From: Bdellovibrionales bacterium
GTDB taxonomy: Bacteria; Bdellovibrionota; Bdellovibrionia; Bdellovibrionales; UBA840
Reading direction: 5' to 3'
Assembly (NCBI GenBank): GCA_037969075.1
Contig: JBBKWS010000124.1
Location: 1-22,667 of the forward strand
Length of the DNA stretch: 22,667 bases
Both the position numbers and the translations under genes were made by a program. Positions within the stretch are counted from its first letter, which is position 1. Every line of letters begins with the position of its first letter. Positions 1 through 6,462 of this stretch are shown here, in pieces. The notes beneath the pieces are model-generated. The model searched no databases, had not been told where the DNA came from, and worked only from the letters and a program-made list of their open reading frames with translations.

Positions 1-1
1 A

Positions 2-1057
2 GTGTGTGCGGCAGATCCTGTGGACTACCATATTCGAAACCTCTATTTAGCGCAGGACCCTCTTCCAAGTCCGACTGATCTTTTTTCAGATATTTTAAGT
101 CCGTTAGATAGTCGAATAAATTGTGCCTGTGATAACGGTGCTACTAATTACCCGACCTGTAACACATGTTCTGTTGGGTATACGTATGATGGTTCAAGTT
201 GCGTGGCATCAACTTGCCCAGGCGGTCAGATAAACCCACCGACTTGCGATCAAATGCCAACATGTCCAGGTGGTCAGATTAATCCACCGACTTGCGATCA
301 AATGCCAACATGTCCAGTTGGTTTTAGCAACCCGCCAAGTTGTACGACTCCAGTAGCTATGTGCTGGTCGTTATCAACTACTGTTAATTGCTATACTTCT
401 GGTAGCTGTACGGTAATGAATGAGACTAGGACATCTGGCTGTGAAAGCGGAGGAGTTGCTCCTCCATCTTCAGTAATAACCTGCAGGCCCACATCTGAAG
501 GGCTGTGTGTGGGACCGCTAGAGCCTCCTCCTCCGGGCGGCGGCGGCGGCGGGTGCTTTGTGGCCGGTTCAAAAGTCCTACTGTCTAATGGCATGCAAGC
601 TTCCATTGAAGATATTAAATTGGGAGACGAAGTAGTTAGTTTTGATGAAAAGACTCAAACTTTACGTTCTGAAGAGGTTGTCGATGTTTTTCATCACGAG
701 GCAAAGCTGCAACAGTTGTTTACATTTGAATTTGCCGATGGGTCTAACTTTACATCCAATGATGTTCATCCTATTTATGTAAAAAATCTTGATCGTTACA
801 TTTGGGCCTCTGAGATTTATCGTAAATGGGTTCGTAAAGATAGGGTGCTGCTGCAGGATCTATCAGGTGAATCTGTCGAGATAAAATTTATTAGTGTCAG
901 ATATAGCATAGAACCCGTATTTAACCTGCATGTTAAAGGTGTTGCAGATTATAGTGAAAGGTATGGAATTGGTGGCATAGGGCATAACTACTATGTAGAG
1001 GGAATTTTAGTGCACAATTTAAAATGTGCTCTTTGTCCTCCGTTAGATAACCTTTAG
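2..1057 (+). CDS. Cys/Pro-rich repeat protein with a C-terminal Hint (intein-like, BIL-type) domain; probably 5'-truncated by the window edge
   Basis: The frame is open from the window start. Block A CFVAGSKV starts at aa185 (nt 554), followed by IEDIKLGDEV, block B-like SNDVHPIY, block F-like VFNLHV and block G HNYYVEGILVHN (HN at nt 1013-1018), then a 12-aa tail. The Hint region is 155 aa with no endonuclease insert. Upstream are CxxGxxNPPTC repeats and a PPPPGGGGGG linker. Confidence 0.88.
   Translation: MCAADPVDYHIRNLYLAQDPLPSPTDLFSDILSPLDSRINCACDNGATNYPTCNTCSVGYTYDGSSCVASTCPGGQINPPTCDQMPTCPGGQINPPTCDQMPTCPVGFSNPPSCTTPVAMCWSLSTTVNCYTSGSCTVMNETRTSGCESGGVAPPSSVITCRPTSEGLCVGPLEPPPPGGGGGGCFVAGSKVLLSNGMQASIEDIKLGDEVVSFDEKTQTLRSEEVVDVFHHEAKLQQLFTFEFADGSNFTSNDVHPIYVKNLDRYIWASEIYRKWVRKDRVLLQDLSGESVEIKFISVRYSIEPVFNLHVKGVADYSERYGIGGIGHNYYVEGILVHNLKCALCPPLDNL
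212..343 (+). repeat. In-frame 48-nt (16-aa) tandem repeat TCPGGQINPPTCDQMP, 2 full copies plus 1 partial divergent copy
   Basis: Units at 212-259, 260-307 and 308-343. A 34-nt exact duplicate lies at 236-269 and 284-317. Confidence 0.95.
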
Positions 1058-1196
1058 GATGAGACATAGGGTGGGCCACTTAGTATTTTGTTAATGGAGT
1101 ATTAGTTCATAATGCTAATGGCCGAAGGCTTCTAAGTCCGCAATTAGGCGGAGAGGTTGAAATAAAGAATTAAGTTGATGAAAATTTCAAGAATGC

Positions 1197-1223
1197 AAAA
1201 AGCCCGCTACTAGCGGGCTTTTT
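1197..1223. terminator. Bidirectional intrinsic terminator
   Basis: Perfect inverted repeat AAAAAGCCCGCTA-C-TAGCGGGCTTTTT, with a U-tract available on both strands. Confidence 0.88.
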
Positions 1224-1392
1224 ATTAGTAATCCCTGATAGAGCCAAGCTTCGGCGTCAGTGAAGCAACTTTTCTTGAAAAAACTATACAATTTTTTTAA
1301 AAAACCGCCTTAACTTTGTAAAGTCGTTAATATCCCTTGAGGCATTTGTCTTATTGTGAAAAACATAGTCTTTCATAAAAAGAGGGGCACTA

Positions 1393-3003
1393 GTGAAGAT
1401 TAAAAATATTTTTCCAAAAAATTTATTTCAGAAGTTTTTAAAATCCGTTGAATTTATGGGAAATTTGCTCCCACACCCAGTAACACTATTTGCCTGTATA
1501 GCTTTATTTATAGTTTTATTTAGTGGTTTGGCAGAGTTTTTTGATTTTTCAGTGCTTGATCCGCGCCCTCTGGGAGCTAAGGGCAGAGCCGATGACGGCA
1601 TGATTAGAGTGATTAGTTTGTTAAATGCAGAAGGCATTCGTAGAATCATCGTGAATTTAGTTAAAAACTTCACAGACTTCGCTCCTCTTGGAACAGTGCT
1701 TGTAGCTCTATTAGGAGTAGGAGTAGCCGAACATTCGGGCCTACTGAGTGGCGCCATTCGTTCTATGGTTTTAAGCGTTTCAAAACTTCGCTCAAATAAA
1801 TGGATGAAGCCAACAACAGTGGTTACACTTGTTGTGGTATTTGCAGGGGTGATTTCAAATACGGCAGCAGAGATGGGCTATGTGGTATTAATTCCGTTAG
1901 CAGGAGTAATATTTTTCTCTATGGGGCGTCACCCGATTGCAGGAATGGCAGCAGCCTTTGCAGGGACTTCTGGAGGTTACAGTGCGAATTTGCTAATTGG
2001 TACAGTAGATCCACTGCTTTCAGGTATTACAACTGAGGCTGCTAGAATTATTGCTCCTGAATACACAGCGCACCCAGCAATCAATTGGTATTTTATGATA
2101 GTAAGTACGTTTTTGATAACGGGCCTAGGCACGTGGATTACTATTAAAATAGTAGAGCCAAGATTAGGTAAGTACAATCCTAAGAATTCCGATGGAAGCT
2201 TAGACTCCATTTCTAAAATGGATATGCTTACTAAGCTTGAGAAAAAAGGTTTAAAGTGGGCAGGGATTGCTACTTTACTTTTGGTGCTGTTAATATGTAT
2301 TGGTATTTTGCCAAGTAATGGTATTTTAAGAAACCCAGAAACAGGAGGAATTTTAGATTCTTCTCTCCTAAAAGGAATGGTCGCGTTTATTTTTATTTTC
2401 TTTTTTATTCCTGGTGTTGTGTACGGAAAAATTACTAAGTCATTCAAGTCTGATAAAGATGTAATTGAAGCTATGTCAAAATCCATGAGTTCTCTGGGGC
2501 TCTATATGGTGTTAGTGTTTTTTGCGGCGCAATTCGTGGCCTATTTTAATTGGACAAATATTGGGCCTGTCGTGGCAATCTTAGGAGCTGATGGATTAAA
2601 AGCTCTTAGTATAACAGGGCCTATTATATTCGTATTCTTTATCATCATGTGCGCCTTTGTTAATTTAGCGCTAGGAAGTGCATCTGCTCAATGGGCAGTA
2701 ACTGCCCCTGTTTTTGTACCTATGTTGATGCTTGTCGGGTATAGCCCCGAAGTAATTCAAGCAGCCTACAGAATAGGGGACTCCGTAACAAATATCATCA
2801 CGCCGATGATGAGTTACTTTGGATTAATTTTGGCTTTTATGCATAAATACGATAAAAAAATCGGGGTTGGTACAATCATTAGTACCATGCTGCCTTACTC
2901 GATTTTATTTTTCATCGGGTGGACCATTTTATTTTATATATGGGTTTTTGTGTTAAAAATGCCCGTGGGCCCAGGTACAAGCACGTATTTTAATTTTCAG
3001 TAA
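1393..3003 (+). CDS. abgT: AbgT-family transporter (p-aminobenzoyl-glutamate transporter / MtrF-YdaH-like)
   Basis: Family motifs GNLLPHPVTLF, NFTDFAPLG, GRHPIAGMAAAFAGTSGGYSAN, AYRIGDSVTNIITPMM and terminal PVGPG. Many TM helices. GTG start with a GAGGGG RBS. Confidence 0.93.
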   Translation: MKIKNIFPKNLFQKFLKSVEFMGNLLPHPVTLFACIALFIVLFSGLAEFFDFSVLDPRPLGAKGRADDGMIRVISLLNAEGIRRIIVNLVKNFTDFAPLGTVLVALLGVGVAEHSGLLSGAIRSMVLSVSKLRSNKWMKPTTVVTLVVVFAGVISNTAAEMGYVVLIPLAGVIFFSMGRHPIAGMAAAFAGTSGGYSANLLIGTVDPLLSGITTEAARIIAPEYTAHPAINWYFMIVSTFLITGLGTWITIKIVEPRLGKYNPKNSDGSLDSISKMDMLTKLEKKGLKWAGIATLLLVLLICIGILPSNGILRNPETGGILDSSLLKGMVAFIFIFFFIPGVVYGKITKSFKSDKDVIEAMSKSMSSLGLYMVLVFFAAQFVAYFNWTNIGPVVAILGADGLKALSITGPIIFVFFIIMCAFVNLALGSASAQWAVTAPVFVPMLMLVGYSPEVIQAAYRIGDSVTNIITPMMSYFGLILAFMHKYDKKIGVGTIISTMLPYSILFFIGWTILFYIWVFVLKMPVGPGTSTYFNFQ

Positions 3004-3030
3004 AGTTGAGAGGGGCTACTACATATAGCT

Positions 3031-3117
3031 TGGTGGCCCCGGGGAGAATCGAACTCCCACACCCGTGAAGGTACCGGATTTTGAGTCCGGCGCGTCTACC
3101 AATTCCACCACAGGGCC
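3031..3117 (-). tRNA. tRNA-Leu(CAA), 87 nt, long variable arm, encoded CCA
   Basis: Reverse complement GGCCCTGTGGTGGAATTGGTAGACGCGCCGGACTCAAAATCCGGTACCTTCACGGGTGTGGGAGTTCGATTCTCCCCGGGGCCACCA. Acceptor stem GGCCCTG/CGGGGCC, anticodon stem CCGGA/TCCGG with CAA at 3083-3081, GTTCGA T-loop. Confidence 0.97.
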
Positions 3118-3137
3118 ACGTGATAATTGAAAACACG

Positions 3138-3166
3138 AAACTAATGACTCCTTCAGTTTGTGGCAA
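3138..3166 (-). promoter_or_regulatory. Putative sigma70 promoter of tRNA-Leu
   Basis: Minus strand TTGCCA-N17-TAGTTT, ending about 20 nt upstream of the tRNA 5' end. Confidence 0.6.
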
Positions 3167-3415
3167 GTGCTTTCTCTAGCTGGCCTTATTTTGTAGCTCC
3201 CAGAGATTTATATTTAGTTCACAAAAACCATGAAAATTCTCTAGGTCTGAGCTAGCATATATAGCCCTAGATCCCATATATTGTAGCCTGTGACATTTAA
3301 CGTCCCCTTTTGTACAGGCACTTTACAATATTTAGTGCGCCAAGCCCCATCTGGGCCATTTCGAGCGGTACAAGGGCTTGTATCATAATGAGCCATATAT
3401 AAAATTATTTAATGA

Positions 3416-3428
3416 TATCAACAGTTTG
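3416..3428 (+). promoter_or_regulatory. IHF binding site
   Basis: TATCAACAGTTTG is an exact match to WATCAANNNNTTR, preceded by an A/T tract and about 30 nt upstream of the sigma54 box. Confidence 0.7.
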
Positions 3429-3457
3429 CAATAGATATATGTGATAAAATCCAAAAG

Positions 3458-3473
3458 CGGCACAGCCCTTGCT
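3458..3473 (+). promoter_or_regulatory. sigma54 (RpoN) -24/-12 promoter of the beta-barrel gene
   Basis: CGGCAC-AGCCC-TTGCT versus consensus TGGCAC-N5-TTGCW. GG and GC are correctly spaced, 52 nt before the ATG. Confidence 0.78.
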
Positions 3474-3525
3474 CTACTTAAGCTTGAATAACTACATTAA
3501 CCAATTTTTTTAAAGAGGTAGAAAA

Positions 3526-4611
3526 ATGAAGAACCTTGGATACATATTAACAGTAATGCTTTCAGCAAACCTTGCTGTGGCACAAGTACAATCTGTAGAT
3601 ATTAGCCGTGGCAGCAGACAAGCCCCACGCCAATTGCCTGCAGCACAATCAACTACAGTACAAGTACAGACCCAAACGGAAAGTCTGCCTACAACATATG
3701 TAGAGGCAACTCCGCTTGTAGAATCTCGTGCCGAGCAATTAAGAAAGCAAAGAGAAGCAGCCGAGATGAACACAGAAATGATGATTGTTGAACAATTAGA
3801 ACAAGATCGTATCAATGCTGAGAGAACTCGTGCGCAAAAATTATTTGGTGATAAGTTACAAGATGATAGTGCAACTCAACAGCAGCCTGTACAACAAATC
3901 GTAATTGCGCCAACTCCGACACCGGTTCCAGAAATCATGCCGGTTGTTTATGAGTCGCCATTAAAAGACGATACAGTACAACAAGACATCAGTGATTTAA
4001 AATCAATGGTTCAAGAGTTAAAAACTACTCCTGAAGCAGAAGAAGATTCTAGCTATAATAACGGTAAATTTACTTTATCTGTAAATGCGGGTATTGCAGA
4101 ATACGATGCTAGTAATATTAAAAGCATATATGCTTTAGGTTTTACTGCAGGTATGGAATTAAACGACGGCTTTATAGTTGAAGCTGGTTACACAAACTCT
4201 TCTTATGACATCAACTCAATTGTTGATGGCAGATTGATCGAAATGAATCAGAACAATATTTCTGGAGCTATAAAGTATAGAATACTAAACGGAAGAATCA
4301 GCCCCATCGTTGGTGGTGTAGTAAGTTATAACTATAGAAAATATCAAGATAAGTACTACGGTTCTTATTCTGGAGAAGTAAGCTCTCAAGCGATTGATTT
4401 AGGTCTATACGGTGGAGCAGCAGTAGCAGTTACTGAAAACTTTAGTGTAGGTTTAGATTTAACGTATATGTTTAACTTAAGTAACCGCGTTGAAAATGAT
4501 AATTATAACAACTTTGGATACGCAAATGGCATGCAAGACTACCTTGGTGGAAAAGCAGTTGAAGAGATCAATTACTACCTACTTGGTATAAGCGCTACTT
4601 TAAAGTTTTAA
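3526..4611 (+). CDS. Outer-membrane beta-barrel protein (OmpA/OmpW-like small barrel) with a long N-terminal coiled-coil/Pro-rich extension
   Basis: Signal peptide ending AVA|Q. The C-terminal ~180 aa have alternating amphipathic beta-strands rich in Y/F/G. Terminal beta-signal-like ISATLKF. GAGGT RBS. Confidence 0.8.
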   Translation: MKNLGYILTVMLSANLAVAQVQSVDISRGSRQAPRQLPAAQSTTVQVQTQTESLPTTYVEATPLVESRAEQLRKQREAAEMNTEMMIVEQLEQDRINAERTRAQKLFGDKLQDDSATQQQPVQQIVIAPTPTPVPEIMPVVYESPLKDDTVQQDISDLKSMVQELKTTPEAEEDSSYNNGKFTLSVNAGIAEYDASNIKSIYALGFTAGMELNDGFIVEAGYTNSSYDINSIVDGRLIEMNQNNISGAIKYRILNGRISPIVGGVVSYNYRKYQDKYYGSYSGEVSSQAIDLGLYGGAAVAVTENFSVGLDLTYMFNLSNRVENDNYNNFGYANGMQDYLGGKAVEEINYYLLGISATLKF

Positions 4612-4634
4612 TCTTTAAGAAAATGTCGTTATTC

Positions 4635-4665
4635 AAAAAAGCCAGATCCTCGGATCTGGTTTTTT
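4635..4665. terminator. Intrinsic terminator after the OMP gene (potentially bidirectional)
   Basis: AAAAAA-GCCAGATC-CTCG-GATCTGGT-TTTTT. Confidence 0.88.
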
Positions 4666-4718
4666 ATTGTGATCTAGACTTTGTTGCATTCAGATACTTA
4701 ATATGAAAATATATACAC

Positions 4719-5342
4719 ATGCTACTATCAATCATCATTTCTACAGTATTATGGGCCCAAACCACAATATCGGAGGTGGTGGGGCAAGCCGGTGGCCAGG
4801 TGGTTACAAGTCGCGAGGTTGAAGCTGATGTTATTTTTTCAGCCATGTACTTAAAAGTCGATAAACCTAATTACCCTCTACCTATTACCGGAAAAGCTTT
4901 GCAAAGTGCCACATCTAATCTATTGATGGAAGTCTTAATTAACTTAGAGGCCGAGTCTTTTAAGTTAGCGGTAGTAAGTGAATCTGAGGTTTCAAAAGCA
5001 ATAAGTACATTTCAAAAAAACGTAGCATCATCAAGTCTTAGTAAGCGTTGGCGAGCATTAGAAATTACAAAGACAGAGATATCTAAGATTTGCCAAAGAA
5101 AAATCAGAGCCACAAGGTTTATAGAGTTAAAAAAATCCACTTTTCTCACCTCTCCCACGCAAGAGGAGCTGAAAGAGCATTTTACAAAAAGAAAATCCAC
5201 TTACGGCGATAAAAACTTTGAGGATGTTAAAAAAAGCATTAGAAAAGAACTTAGGCAAGACAAGCTAGATCAAGCCTTACGAGAATGGTTCCAAGTTTTA
5301 CGGTCAAAGTATGAAATCAGAAATTTACTTATTGAAAGCTAA
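4719..5342 (+). CDS. Exported hypothetical protein, SurA N-terminal/chaperone-like, no evident parvulin domain
   Basis: Signal peptide, then VVGQAGGQVVTSREV (SurA-N-like start), PTQEELKEHF, FEDVKKSIRKEL and a C-terminal WFQVLRSKYEI helix typical of SurA/PrsA scaffolds. Confidence 0.55.
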   Translation: MLLSIIISTVLWAQTTISEVVGQAGGQVVTSREVEADVIFSAMYLKVDKPNYPLPITGKALQSATSNLLMEVLINLEAESFKLAVVSESEVSKAISTFQKNVASSSLSKRWRALEITKTEISKICQRKIRATRFIELKKSTFLTSPTQEELKEHFTKRKSTYGDKNFEDVKKSIRKELRQDKLDQALREWFQVLRSKYEIRNLLIES

Positions 5343-5784
5343 TTTTCTCAGTCCCAAGCAGATTCAGGCTGTATATGCTTTGTATTTGGATTCCTATCAG
5401 GCCTCTGTGTTTCCAATTAGTGGCAAGTGGACAGAGTCAAATTTTGCAGCTAAAGCGGATCATGAATTTTTTGTCATTGCCCATATAGATAATCAAATTA
5501 AGGGCTTTTTATTTTTCAGCCAACTAAATGAGGATGAATTAGAAATTTGGAATCTGTCTGTGCACCCCTCATTTTGGGGAAATGGGCTGTCGGATGAGCT
5601 TGTAAAATTTTTACAAGAAGACTCTGGCTTAAAATACAGGCATATTTTGTTGGAGGTTCATGAACATAATAAACCTGCCTTGGCCCTATATATGCGCAAT
5701 GGTTGGGAAATTACGCGACGCAGAAGGGGCTACTACCAAGATCTTGGCGATGCAGTGCTCATGACCTATTTGAGAAGAAATTAA
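5311..5784 (+). CDS. GNAT acetyltransferase, RimI-like (start may be TTG at 5332)
   Basis: LEIWNLSVHPSFWGNGLS (motif A), ILLEVHEHNKPALALY and RRRGYYQDLGDAVLM, a RimI-type C-terminus. Confidence 0.8.
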   Translation: MKSEIYLLKANFLSPKQIQAVYALYLDSYQASVFPISGKWTESNFAAKADHEFFVIAHIDNQIKGFLFFSQLNEDELEIWNLSVHPSFWGNGLSDELVKFLQEDSGLKYRHILLEVHEHNKPALALYMRNGWEITRRRRGYYQDLGDAVLMTYLRRN

Positions 5785-5802
5785 GTTCACCAGAGTCTTG
5801 CC

Positions 5803-5831
5803 TTGAAAATCTTTAGGTTTATTGCTATCTT
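5803..5831 (+). promoter_or_regulatory. sigma70 promoter of the rimP-nusA-infB operon
   Basis: TTGAAA-N17-TATCTT with an extended -10 TG. Confidence 0.65.
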
Positions 5832-5893
5832 AGATTGAGTTTTTGGATCGAAAATTTTTTGTTGCTTTTTTCTTTGCATAAACTTCTTTAGGT

Positions 5894-5945
5894 AGCCCCA
5901 ACACTGTTGGGGCTTATTTTTGGGCCAATTAGGCCCATTTTTTTT
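5894..5945 (+). promoter_or_regulatory. rimP leader: tandem hairpins, the second a terminator/attenuator
   Basis: AGCCCCAACA-C-TGTTGGGGCT (5894-5914), then TGGGCC-AATTA-GGCCCA followed by T8 (5921-5945), 8 nt before the rimP ATG. Confidence 0.75.
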
Positions 5946-5953
5946 GGATATGT

Positions 5954-6451
5954 ATGGCAGTAGATCTAAAATTACAGAAAGTACAAGAGATTGCGGGAGA
6001 AGCCTGCAAATCTTTAGGTGTGGATTTATACGATATAGAGTACCTACAGGGCGCAAAAACTCTTCGTATTTATATTGATAAGGCTATTGATGCTGGCGGG
6101 ATTCAACTTGAGCACTGTGCAACTATCTCTGAAAAAATTTCTACTGAACTAGATCCTCTAGATTTATTTCCTAACGATTATAATTTAGAGGTCTCAAGTC
6201 CTGGCGTAGAAAGAGTTTTGCGCCAACATTGGCATTTTGATAAAGTTAAGGGTAAAAAAATTGAAATTAAACTATATCAGTCTTTAGGAGCCTATTTTCC
6301 TGATACTGGTAAAAAACTAGAAAAATCTAAGACGTTTCAGTGTCTTTTAAAGGAAGTAAAAACCGATGAGGTCGTTATTGATCTTGAAGGTCGTGACTTT
6401 TTAATTCCTTTAAAAAACATAACAAAAGCAAACTTAGTATTCGAATTATAG
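5954..6451 (+). CDS. rimP: Ribosome maturation factor RimP
   Basis: LRIYIDK, YNLEVSSPGVERVL and terminal KANLVFEL. Located directly before nusA. Confidence 0.96.
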   Translation: MAVDLKLQKVQEIAGEACKSLGVDLYDIEYLQGAKTLRIYIDKAIDAGGIQLEHCATISEKISTELDPLDLFPNDYNLEVSSPGVERVLRQHWHFDKVKGKKIEIKLYQSLGAYFPDTGKKLEKSKTFQCLLKEVKTDEVVIDLEGRDFLIPLKNITKANLVFEL

Positions 6452-6462
6452 AGGTAAATAAA

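Noticed and set aside
212..317. 34-nt exact direct repeats as a CRISPR array
   Set aside because: The period is 48 nt and in frame, the intervening 14-nt segments are homologous to each other, there are only two copies and no cas genes. It is a protein repeat.
554..1018. Classical mobile intein
   Set aside because: No endonuclease domain, +1 residue is Leu, and the host is a Cys-rich repeat protein rather than a conserved housekeeping enzyme.
1106..1161. Twister-ribozyme-like pattern (UUCA-UAA ... UCUAAGUCC ... GGAGAGG-UUGAA)
   Set aside because: P2 and both pseudoknots cannot be formed consistently with the conserved GC/GC and GA positions.
3031..3060. tRNA-Leu 3' end as the att site of an integrated element
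   Set aside because: No duplicate of the tRNA 3' end and no integrase was found in the window. A partner site beyond the left edge cannot be excluded.
3253..3285. NrdR-box-like CATATATWG pair
   Set aside because: Spacing is about 18 nt rather than the usual ~31, one copy mismatches the core, and no nucleotide-reduction gene is adjacent.
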